Source: Bellilinea caldifistulae (GTDB taxonomy: Bacteria > Chloroflexota > Anaerolineae > Anaerolineales > Anaerolineaceae). Taken from it: a DNA stretch of 32,000 bases. The stretch covers positions 1-32,000 of the forward strand of contig NZ_LGHJ01000014.1 of NCBI RefSeq assembly GCF_001306055.1, read 5' to 3'. Below, piece after piece: positions 9,006 to 16,673 of this stretch. How positions within the stretch are numbered: position 1 is the first letter of the stretch; each line of letters begins with the position of its first letter. A program made the translations under genes and the position numbers. The notes below the pieces were generated by a model. That model ran no database searches. It was given only the letters and a program-made list of their open reading frames with translations, and was not told where the DNA came from.

Positions 9006-9034
9006 ATTTTAACGGTGAATCCCGCTGTGGTTAA
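9006..9034 (-). promoter_or_regulatory. Candidate sigma-70-type promoter TTAACC-17-TAAAAT ending 6 nt before the dnaG ATG
   Basis: The minus strand reads TTAACC (9034-9029), a 17-nt spacer, TAAAAT (9011-9006), caaatt, then ATG (8999). No SD is present. Confidence 0.35.
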
Positions 9035-9143
9035 GAAAATAACCATAGACATTCCTTGCAAATTGTTAATTCGCTATAAGGTCTTCTTTTATATAATAAA
9101 GCTATATCTTTGTCTTTTTTCGCTATTATTCAGGGGAGCAAAA

Positions 9144-9284
9144 ATGAAACGAGAAAACGGAGGTCAGGGGCTGGTTGAGTATGCGTTGATTATGTTGCTG
9201 GTTGCGCTGGCGGTGATTGTCATTCTGGCCCTTCTGGGGCCGACGATTGGCAGTTTGTTCAGCAATATCATCCCCCTCATTTGA
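9144..9284 (+). CDS. flp: Flp/Fap-family type IVb pilin precursor (46 aa)
   Basis: This is an internal start of ORF 8889..9284. MKRENGG-QGLVEYALIMLLVALAVIVILALL fits the Flp G/XXXXEY processing motif followed by a hydrophobic helix. The SD GGGGAG lies 7 nt upstream of ATG 9144. Confidence 0.75.
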   Translation: MKRENGGQGLVEYALIMLLVALAVIVILALLGPTIGSLFSNIIPLI

Positions 9285-9370
9285 CGCATTGCTCATTCCG
9301 TACTCAATTTTTTTTCACCAGCCGGAGGATTATTTCGGAGGGTATTGTTTTAAGGCGAGCTTTAAGCGGT

Positions 9371-9414
9371 CTGCGCCTTTCCTGAGTGTGTATGACAAAA
9401 CCGGAAAGGCGCAG
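9371..9414. terminator. Perfect 12-bp inverted repeat between the convergent flp and glyQS genes (possible bidirectional terminator)
   Basis: CTGCGCCTTTCC (9371-9382) pairs with GGAAAGGCGCAG (9403-9414) across a 20-nt loop. There is no adjacent U tract and the loop is large, so terminator function is uncertain. Confidence 0.4.
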
Positions 9415-9438
9415 GCTCAATCACTGATTTTTGAGAAT

Positions 9439-12400
9439 TTAGAAGCCTTCCAGACGTGAGAAGTCAGCCACGCCGCGTGCCAATCCGGCAATCCGTTGTA
9501 ACATCCCCAGACGGTTGGCGCGTTGAACAGCATCCTCCGACATCACCAGCACTTCGTCAAAGAAGTGGTTGATCACCGGAATCATGGGCAGGAAGACGTT
9601 AAAGAAATCCTCAACCGAGCCGCTGCGGCGCGGGGTGGTTTCGGCTTGCAGCAGGGCGCTGAGCAAGGCCTTTTCGGCGTCCTCAACCAGCGCGTCTGGT
9701 TCGATGGAGAAAGTTTCCTGCTGATCGCGGGTGATGCGTACACAACGGGCGTAGGCCGGTAAAATCCGGTTCCAATCCTCGCGCTGCACCCATTGCTGCA
9801 GTTGCTGAACAGCGCGGAAAGCGGCCGCCGGATTGTGACCCTGCTCTGCCAGCACGGCGGCAATCACATCGTAGCGATAGCCTTCTTCCAGCAGGTAGCT
9901 TTGCAAGCGCCCGATGATGAACTCCAGACAGGTTTGCAGGCTTTCGGGACTGGCGGGGATGGGCAGTCCCTTGGCGGCGGCTTGTAGCCCGGCTCGCAGG
10001 TCAAAATCCAGATTCCAGTGAATCAGGTTTTGTACCAATCCCAGGGCAGCCCGACGCTGAGCAAAGGGGTCTTTGGTTCCGGAAGGGGCTAATCCGGCAG
10101 CAAACAGTCCGGCGAGCGTGTCCAGCCGGTCGGCCATACCGACCAGCAGGCCAGCCGGCGATTGCGGATAATCGTCCCCGGCGTAGCGCGGTAGGTACGA
10201 TTCAAAGATGGCCTGGGCAACGGCGGGAGACTCGCCGCTGTGCAGCGCGTAATAGCGTCCCATCAGCCCTTGCAGGCTGGTCATTTCGATGACCATGTTG
10301 GTGACCAGGTCGGCTTTGCACAGGTGAGCGGCACGGCGAGCGGCAGCTGCCTGTTCGTCCTTCAATCCGACTGTGGAAATCAATTGCTCCACCAGCCTTT
10401 CGATCCGCTGGGTTTTATCCAGCATCGAACCCAGTTTGACTTGAAAAGTGAGGGTGTGCAGGCGGGGCAGGAAGGCTTCCAGCGGTTGTTTCAGGTCTTC
10501 CTGAATGAAAAAGGCTGCATCGGCAAAGCGGGCGCGGATGACCTGCTCGTTGCCGTCCACCACCACTTCCTTAAAACGTTCATCCCCATTGCGGATGACG
10601 ATAAAGTAAGGTAAGAGACTGCCATCCGTTTTGTAAACCGGGAAGTAACGCTGGTACTTCTTCATCACCGAAATCAGCACTTCTGCCGGTAATTGGAGAT
10701 GGGCTTCGTCGAATGACCCGCGCAATGCGGCAGGCGCTTCCACCAGACCGGTGACTTCGTCCAGCAGGTTTTCATCCAGATGAGCCGGGTCTCCCCCGCA
10801 TTCGGCAATCAATTGCTCCGCCTGTCGGCGGATGCTGGCGCGCCGTTCCTGCGGGTCGAGCAGGATACCCTGACTGGCGAGGAACTCCAAATAGGCCGAA
10901 ACGCCGGTGATTTCGGTGGTTTCCGGCTGGCGAAAGCGCAGCCCGCGGGTCTGGTTGCCGCTGGTCAAACCGGCATACTGGAACGGGATGACCTGATCAT
11001 CCAACAATGCCAGCAGCCAGCGGATGGGGCGGGAAAAACTCACCCCGGATTGGTTCCAGCGCATGGATTTGGTGAAACTGAGTGAGTCAATCAACGGGGG
11101 TAGAGCGGGGGCCAGAACTTCAACGGCCGGCTTACCGGCTTCAAAGACGCGCGCAATGGCATATTGACCGCCGTCCATTTCCGCTACCTGCAATTGACTG
11201 ACATCCAGACCGCGGCTGCGGGCAAACCCGATGGCGGCCGGGGTGGGGTTGCCGTTTTGATCAAAAGCGCGCTGAGCAGGCGGCCCTTTGACCACTGTTT
11301 CGCGGTCAGTTTGACGGTCTGCCAGATCCTCCACAATGACGGTTAAACGGCGCGGTGTACCCAGAACATGCACCTTGCCGTGGGTCAGGCGTAATTCTTC
11401 CAGCAATTGCGGAACGCGCTGCTGCAATTGGCTCAGGGCATCCTCCAAATCGCCGGCGGGAAGTTCCTCTGTGCCGATTTCCAGCAGGAAGCTGGCCGGC
11501 CGGCTGAGAGGACGGGGTGCAGCGGAGGGGGCTGCCGCAATGTCAGCCGAAGAGGGCTGGCTTTTGCCGGTTAGCATGGGGTATCCAAGCCGTTCGCGCT
11601 GTTCCAGATAGGCGCGCGCCACTTTGGCCGAAAGGTCACGCATGCGCGCGAACATGGCAGCTCGCTCGGTCACGCCGACCGCCCCGCGGGTATCCAGGAT
11701 ATTGAAGGTGTGGGAGCATTTCAGCACATAATCATGGGCGGGAAGAACCAACCCGTGTTCGAGTGCGTTGAGCGCTTCGGCTTCGAACAGGCTCATCATC
11801 TGGCGTGCCCGTTCGACATCGGCGATTTCGAAGTAGTACTTGCTGTGTTCCTGTTCGCCCTGCAGATTCACATCCCCATAAGTGCGTTCCGGGCTCCAGC
11901 GAATATCGCGGAAATTACGCACTTTTTGCAGCGCCATGGCAATTCGTTCCAGCCCGTAGGTAATTTCCACCGAAACCGGATCCAGCACAATTCCGCCGGC
12001 CTGCTGGAAGTAAGTGAACTGGGTGATTTCCTGCCCATCCAGCCAGACTTCCCAACCCAGCCCCCAGGCGCCCAGCGCCGGGGATTCCCAGTTATCCTCG
12101 ACGAAGCGGATATCGTGTTGATCGGGATCAATGCCCAGCGCTTGCAGAGATTGGAGGTAAATCTCCTGCGGGTTGCCGGGGTCTGGTTTGAGGATGACCT
12201 GGAACTGGTAGTGCTGCTGCAAGCGGTTGGGGTTTTCGCCGTAGCGCCCATCGTCCGGGCGGACGGATGGTTCGACATAGGCTACTTTCCAGGGCTCCGG
12301 GCCGAGAACCCGCAGAAAAGTTGCCGGGTTGTAGGTACCGGCACCGACCTGTGTGTAATAGGGTTGCCAGATCAGGCAACCCTGTTCGGCCCAAAAGCGC

Positions 12401-12444
12401 TGCAAATTCATGATGATGGTTTGGAAATCGAGCGGTTCAGACAT
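9439..12444 (-). CDS. glyQS: Glycine--tRNA ligase, fused alpha (GlyQ) and beta (GlyS) subunits
   Basis: The N-terminal ~290 aa are GlyQ ([71 protein letters not shown]). A ~28-aa Ser/Pro/Ala linker follows. GlyS starts at [13 protein letters not shown] chose ATG 12444 as the start because GGAG lies 5 nt upstream. The track start at 12450 is a GTG two codons earlier. Confidence 0.95.
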   Translation of the reverse strand: MSEPLDFQTIIMNLQRFWAEQGCLIWQPYYTQVGAGTYNPATFLRVLGPEPWKVAYVEPSVRPDDGRYGENPNRLQQHYQFQVILKPDPGNPQEIYLQSLQALGIDPDQHDIRFVEDNWESPALGAWGLGWEVWLDGQEITQFTYFQQAGGIVLDPVSVEITYGLERIAMALQKVRNFRDIRWSPERTYGDVNLQGEQEHSKYYFEIADVERARQMMSLFEAEALNALEHGLVLPAHDYVLKCSHTFNILDTRGAVGVTERAAMFARMRDLSAKVARAYLEQRERLGYPMLTGKSQPSSADIAAAPSAAPRPLSRPASFLLEIGTEELPAGDLEDALSQLQQRVPQLLEELRLTHGKVHVLGTPRRLTVIVEDLADRQTDRETVVKGPPAQRAFDQNGNPTPAAIGFARSRGLDVSQLQVAEMDGGQYAIARVFEAGKPAVEVLAPALPPLIDSLSFTKSMRWNQSGVSFSRPIRWLLALLDDQVIPFQYAGLTSGNQTRGLRFRQPETTEITGVSAYLEFLASQGILLDPQERRASIRRQAEQLIAECGGDPAHLDENLLDEVTGLVEAPAALRGSFDEAHLQLPAEVLISVMKKYQRYFPVYKTDGSLLPYFIVIRNGDERFKEVVVDGNEQVIRARFADAAFFIQEDLKQPLEAFLPRLHTLTFQVKLGSMLDKTQRIERLVEQLISTVGLKDEQAAAARRAAHLCKADLVTNMVIEMTSLQGLMGRYYALHSGESPAVAQAIFESYLPRYAGDDYPQSPAGLLVGMADRLDTLAGLFAAGLAPSGTKDPFAQRRAALGLVQNLIHWNLDFDLRAGLQAAAKGLPIPASPESLQTCLEFIIGRLQSYLLEEGYRYDVIAAVLAEQGHNPAAAFRAVQQLQQWVQREDWNRILPAYARCVRITRDQQETFSIEPDALVEDAEKALLSALLQAETTPRRSGSVEDFFNVFLPMIPVINHFFDEVLVMSEDAVQRANRLGMLQRIAGLARGVADFSRLEGF

Positions 12445-12479
12445 GCGCACTCCACAAAACGGGTTGAGATTGCCAACCG

Positions 12480-12510
12480 ATTATACTACGGATGAGAATT
12501 GATTTGTCAG
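12480..12510 (-). promoter_or_regulatory. Candidate glyQS promoter (CTGACA-19-TATAAT)
   Basis: On the minus strand, TATAAT is at 12485-12480 and CTGACA at 12510-12505, with a 19-nt spacer, which is long. The predicted 5' UTR is about 30 nt and contains the GGAG SD. The -35 overlaps, on the opposite strand, the -35 of the divergent regulator promoter. Confidence 0.4.
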
Positions 12511-12532
12511 CAGCCGAAAATTGCACTACAAT
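12504..12532 (+). promoter_or_regulatory. Candidate sigma-70-type promoter TTGTCA-17-TACAAT for the STAND/SARP regulator
   Basis: TTGTCA is at 12504-12509 and TACAAT at 12527-12532, with a 17-nt spacer. ATG 12543 lies 10 nt after the -10, so any leader would be about 3-4 nt, which is effectively leaderless. Confidence 0.45.
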
Positions 12533-12542
12533 CGAAGATGCT

Positions 12543-15500
12543 ATGGCATTTCGAGATCTGGTCATCCAAAGCCAGTTGATCCCGCCGCTGCCGCGCAAAG
12601 CCATACTCCCCCGTCCCCGGATTCGTTCGTTGCTGCAACGCGCCCTGCAGCATCCCTTGACCTTGCTGTTGGCCGGTACGGGTTACGGAAAGTCCACCGC
12701 CTTGCTCGATTTGAGCCAGGAAGGCCGGCGCATCTTCTGGTACACCGTCAACGAGCCGGAGCGTGATCCACTGTTGTTTCTGGTTCATCTGATCAATGCC
12801 TTTGCTCAGCAAAATGAAGAATACGGGCGAGATGCTTTGCGCTACCTGGAAGAACATAACGGCCGGGCGGTGCCTTCGGCATTGACGCCGCTTTTGAACG
12901 CTTTGACTGCCCACCTGTTGGAAGATGGCGTGCTGGTGATGGATGATTATCACTGGGTGCACGACGTGCCGGAAATTGCTGCGCTGGTACGTCATCTGAT
13001 TCAATACCGTCCACCGCGCTTGCAGGTGGTCATCGCAACCCGGACAATGCCGGATAATCTGGACTTGAACCGCTGGCGGGTCAAGGGTGAATTGAGTGTG
13101 GTGACGCATAGCGATCTGGCATTTACAGCCGAAGAAATTGAAGCCCTTTTTCGCGAGGGATATGGCTTTCCGATTACCTCTCAGCAGGCTGCCCGCCTTG
13201 CACAAGAAACCGAGGGGTGGGCGCTGGTGCTGCAAATGATCTGGCAAAGTGTCCAGCGTCGGCCTTCCGCTTCGTTGGATCAGGTGCTGGAAAATTTGCC
13301 GGAAACTCTGGAAAGTTTGTTTGACTATCTGGCGCCGGAGGTGCTTGCCCGCCAGCCGCAGGACATTCAGCAATTTTTGATAGACACCTCCATTTTGCGT
13401 CAGCTGGAAGGCGAGATTTGCGATGGATTATTAGGTATCGAAGATAGTGCAGCCCTGTTGCGGCGGTTGTACGAGAGCGGAATGTTCATTGAGGCGGCCG
13501 GCGGACAGGTTTACCGTTACCAGCGGCTTTTTCAGGAGTTTTTACAAACCCGCCTGAATCAGCAGCCTGCCGAAGCACGCGCTTTACACCTGCGCGCCGC
13601 AACCCTCTACCTGGATCGAAAGCGCTCCGAAGAAGCCATCTACCACCTGCTCAAAGCCGGTGAGGCTGCTTTTGCGGCGGATGTCATTGAACAGATCGGC
13701 ATGGGGTTGATTCGCAGCGGACGGCTGGAAAGTTTGCAATACTACCTCAGCCGTTTGCCAGCCGAGTTGAAGGCCGAGCGGCCGTTGCTTCAATTGCTGC
13801 TGGGAGACCTTCATCGTTTGCGTGCCGATTTTGAACCTTCATTGCTGCATTTCCGCGCTGCCGAGCAACTCTACCGTCAGCAGGGGGATCGCTGGGGCTG
13901 CAGCCGGGCATTGCGCGGCCAGGCTCAGGTCTTTCTGGATACTATCCGTCCGTTACAAGCCGATGCCCTGCTGGAAGAAGCCCTACGTTTGCTGGAACCG
14001 CAAGAGCACCGCGAAGAAGTTGCTGCCTTGCTGGATCAACTGGCGGAGAACAAACTGAACCTCGGTAAGCCGGATGAGGCCCGCGTGCTGCATCGAGAAG
14101 CTCAGTTGCTGCGTGCCGAGACCAGCCCGAACGATGTGTATCTGGAAGGGCGCGCTCTGCTGCGTACCGGCCGACTGATCGAGGCCCGTCAGTTGATGTT
14201 GAATCAGGCTGCTGAGGAAAGACGCCATGAGGCACAGCGCGCCCAACGGTTTCACCGTGAAACGCTGCTGCTGCTTTCGTTGATTTGTTCAATGCTGGGC
14301 AGCGCAGAAGAAGCCGAGCGTTACGCCCGCGAGGGAATTGCCATCGGCAAGCGTTTGCAATCCGAGTTTGTTGAAGCCGTAGGTTTGATCCGCCTGGGAC
14401 ATGCCTTGCAGGTGGGCCATGTTCAGCCGTGGGGTGAGCCCTCTCTTCGGAAAGCCATTGATTTATATCGGCGAGCCATTGAATTAATGCACCCTTTCAA
14501 AGTGGCGCGGGTGGGCGTGGAACCGCTGTGGGGTCTCACCCGGGGGTTGGGTTACGCAGGAGAGCTGGCAGAAGCCGAGGATTGTGCCCGCCGAGCGCTG
14601 GCGATTTCTGAAAAGGCCGGCGATGAGTGGATTGGCAATCTGGTGCGCACCAGTATGGGGGCTTCGTTCGCGCTTGACGGGCAATTTCGTACGGCAAGGG
14701 AGTGGCTGGAGCGCGCCGCGCAGGGTTTTGAGTCGGTGCGTGACCGCTTTGGTTGGACGGCTGCCAGGTTGTGGCTGGCGTGGATGGACTGGTACGGCGA
14801 GGAGCGCGGCCGGGCTTTGATGGAATTGGAGCAGATTTTAGAGCGACAGGAAGGGCCGGATGCTGCGGTGCTGTTTACCAGCCCAACCCTGCTGGGCTGG
14901 AAGGACGAACAGACCCTTGTCCCCATTCTGCTGGCAGCCCGTCGTCAGGGAATTGGCGGAGAATACCTGCTTAAAGTGCTGAACAATTTCTCGATAGAAG
15001 GTGACTATCACCCGGCTTACACGCTGTATGTGCGAACGCTGAGTGATTTTGGGGTGTGGCGCGGGGATCAAAAAGTCCACTCCGCTGAGTGGCAGCGCGA
15101 AAAAGCCCGCCAGTTGTTTCAATTGTTGATTACCAACCGCCAGCGCTGGCTGCTGCGCGATCAGATTGTTGACCTGCTCTGGCCGGAACTGGATGGTGAA
15201 TCGGCGGTGCGGGACTTCAAAGTGGCCCTGAATGCGCTTAACCGCACCATTGAGCCGCAGCGTCCCCGCGAGACAGCTCCTTTCTTTGTGCGACGCCAGG
15301 AGAATATGTACGGAATCAATCCGCAGGCAAAGGTGGTTGTGGATGCAGATGAATTTGAAAGACTGGCTTCCGAAAGTCTGAGTGATGAAGAAAGTCTGCG
15401 TCGGGCGCTTGACCTTTATCAGAATGATTATTTGCACGAATGTTGTTACGAGGATTGGAGCAGTATTGAACGCGAGCGGCTGCGTCAGGTTTACTTCACC

Positions 15501-15755
15501 GCCGTCCAGCGGCTGGGGGAGTTACTGGGCAGTCAGGGCCGTTGGGATGAGGTGATTGCGGTTTGCAATGCCGCTCTGCTACGCGATCGCACCTGGGAGC
15601 CGGCTTACCGCTTGATCATGCAGGCCTACGCTGCCAAAGGCAATCAGGCGCAGGTCATTCAGACCTATCAGCGCTGCTGGAAGATCCTTTGGGACGAAGT
15701 GGGGGTTGAACCATCTCTGGAAACGCGTGATTTGTTGCGCCGCCTGACCGCCTGA
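12543..15755 (+). CDS. Large transcriptional regulator: MalT/LAL-type STAND ATPase N-terminus, helical/TPR-like middle, C-terminal SARP-type winged helix + BTAD domain
   Basis: The N-terminus is LIPPLPRKAILPRPRIRSLL, like the MalT N-terminus. Walker A is LLLAGTGYGKST and Walker B is GVLVMDDYHWV. A long helical repeat region follows. The C-terminal 245 aa (from nt 15018) have an OmpR/SARP-type wHTH (REKARQLFQLLITNRQRWLLRDQIVDLLWPELDGESAVRDFKVALNALNRTIEP). They also have a BTAD domain (LDLYQNDYL...WEPAYRLIMQAYAAKGNQAQVIQTYQRCWKILWDEVGVEPSLETRDLLRRL). The start is moved from 12492 to ATG 12543 because 12492-12542 holds the promoter elements. Confidence 0.85.
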   Translation: MAFRDLVIQSQLIPPLPRKAILPRPRIRSLLQRALQHPLTLLLAGTGYGKSTALLDLSQEGRRIFWYTVNEPERDPLLFLVHLINAFAQQNEEYGRDALRYLEEHNGRAVPSALTPLLNALTAHLLEDGVLVMDDYHWVHDVPEIAALVRHLIQYRPPRLQVVIATRTMPDNLDLNRWRVKGELSVVTHSDLAFTAEEIEALFREGYGFPITSQQAARLAQETEGWALVLQMIWQSVQRRPSASLDQVLENLPETLESLFDYLAPEVLARQPQDIQQFLIDTSILRQLEGEICDGLLGIEDSAALLRRLYESGMFIEAAGGQVYRYQRLFQEFLQTRLNQQPAEARALHLRAATLYLDRKRSEEAIYHLLKAGEAAFAADVIEQIGMGLIRSGRLESLQYYLSRLPAELKAERPLLQLLLGDLHRLRADFEPSLLHFRAAEQLYRQQGDRWGCSRALRGQAQVFLDTIRPLQADALLEEALRLLEPQEHREEVAALLDQLAENKLNLGKPDEARVLHREAQLLRAETSPNDVYLEGRALLRTGRLIEARQLMLNQAAEERRHEAQRAQRFHRETLLLLSLICSMLGSAEEAERYAREGIAIGKRLQSEFVEAVGLIRLGHALQVGHVQPWGEPSLRKAIDLYRRAIELMHPFKVARVGVEPLWGLTRGLGYAGELAEAEDCARRALAISEKAGDEWIGNLVRTSMGASFALDGQFRTAREWLERAAQGFESVRDRFGWTAARLWLAWMDWYGEERGRALMELEQILERQEGPDAAVLFTSPTLLGWKDEQTLVPILLAARRQGIGGEYLLKVLNNFSIEGDYHPAYTLYVRTLSDFGVWRGDQKVHSAEWQREKARQLFQLLITNRQRWLLRDQIVDLLWPELDGESAVRDFKVALNALNRTIEPQRPRETAPFFVRRQENMYGINPQAKVVVDADEFERLASESLSDEESLRRALDLYQNDYLHECCYEDWSSIERERLRQVYFTAVQRLGELLGSQGRWDEVIAVCNAALLRDRTWEPAYRLIMQAYAAKGNQAQVIQTYQRCWKILWDEVGVEPSLETRDLLRRLTA

Positions 15756-15764
15756 GCCAGGTTG

Positions 15765-15782
15765 TGTAACCCTTTTGTAACC
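15765..15782 (+). promoter_or_regulatory. Two direct heptamer repeats TGTAACC-N4-TGTAACC (11-bp phasing); candidate SARP box
   Basis: TGTAACC occurs at 15765-15771 and again at 15776-15782. The second copy ends 9 nt before a -10-like TATCCT (15792-15797). The repeats sit 10 nt after the stop of the SARP-domain regulator and about 90 nt before the first operon gene. Confidence 0.45.
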
Positions 15783-15870
15783 ATTGCGCTGTATCCTATT
15801 CAACAGGGGGCGGTTAATTTACCCTGTCGGCTGGCAGGATTCCAACATCTTTTCAGGAGGCGAGGGAAAC

Positions 15871-16635
15871 ATGCGGTTAAAGGATAAGGTGTGTCTGATA
15901 ACGGGAGGCGCAGCCGGAATCGGGAAAGCCACAGCCCAGCGTTTTGCTGAGGAAGGGGCCATTGTGGTGATTTGCGATGTCAACCGTGAAGCCGGCGAAG
16001 CCCTGGTAAAGGAGCTTGGGGAACCAGCCTGCTTTTACGCGGTCAATGTCGCCGACCGGGCTGAGGTGCAGGCCTGGGTTGACGACGTGGTGCGTCGTTT
16101 TGGGCGGGTAGATGTGCTGGTCAACAATGCCGGTATCACCCGCGATGCGCTCTTCGTCAAGGTCAAAGACGGTGAACTGGTTAAGCAGATGGAAGAAAGC
16201 GCCTTTGATCAGGTGATTGACATCAACCTCAAAGGGGTCTTCAATTGCGCCCAGGCAGTTGCTCCGTTCATGATTCGGCAGGGCGGTGGCGTGATCCTCA
16301 ATGCCTCTTCGGTGGTGGGTCTGTACGGCAACGTCGGTCAGACCAATTATGTTGCCACCAAAGCCGGGGTGATTGGGATGACGAAGGTGTGGGCGCGGGA
16401 ATTGGGACGGTACAATATCCGTGTCAATGCGGTGGCACCCGGTTTCATTGCCACCGAAATGGTGCAAAAGATGCCCGAAGAGATCTTAGCCGGTATGAAA
16501 GCCAAGACCCCGCTTGGCCGGCTGGGAGATCCGCGCGATATTGCCAATGCCTATCTCTGGCTGGCCAGTGATGAGGCCAGTTTTGTGCATGGCGCCACCA
16601 TCAGTGTGGATGGCGGTATTGTGATGGGTACATAA
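15871..16635 (+). CDS. Short-chain dehydrogenase/reductase, FabG-like 3-oxoacyl/3-hydroxyacyl (CoA or ACP) oxidoreductase
   Basis: The cofactor-binding motif is TGGAAGIGKA, and NNAG is present. The catalytic Ser is in ASSVVG and the catalytic Tyr/Lys in YVATK. An SD-like AGGAGG is at 15856-15861. This is an internal ATG of ORF 15784..16635. Confidence 0.9.
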   Translation: MRLKDKVCLITGGAAGIGKATAQRFAEEGAIVVICDVNREAGEALVKELGEPACFYAVNVADRAEVQAWVDDVVRRFGRVDVLVNNAGITRDALFVKVKDGELVKQMEESAFDQVIDINLKGVFNCAQAVAPFMIRQGGGVILNASSVVGLYGNVGQTNYVATKAGVIGMTKVWARELGRYNIRVNAVAPGFIATEMVQKMPEEILAGMKAKTPLGRLGDPRDIANAYLWLASDEASFVHGATISVDGGIVMGT

Positions 16636-16673
16636 AGCCCATCCATTCTTTGAAAAGGAGGTTGAAAAAGGAT

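Noticed and set aside
8889-9143. Long version (131 aa) of the Flp ORF, overlapping the dnaG start on the opposite strand.
   Set aside because: The upstream 85 codons cross the dnaG 5' end and an AT-rich promoter region. They have no pilin-like sequence. A good SD precedes the internal ATG 9144, which yields a canonical Flp prepilin.
12445-12491. T-box or other riboswitch leader upstream of glyQS.
   Set aside because: The distance from the candidate -10 to the ATG is only about 30 nt. That is far too short for a T-box (about 200 nt or more), and no specifier or antiterminator structure is visible.
12492-12542. Upstream ATG 12492 as the start of the large regulator.
   Set aside because: This segment contains a near-consensus TTGTCA-17-TACAAT promoter and overlaps the divergent glyQS promoter. 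The MalT-like N-terminal motif begins right after ATG 12543.
12543-15755. STAND NTPase as an antiphage Avs-like or other defence sensor.
   Set aside because: No nuclease, protease, TIR or other effector domain is present. The output is a DNA-binding wHTH-BTAD module, and the N-terminus is MalT-like. The genomic context is metabolic. A transcriptional regulator is the simpler reading.
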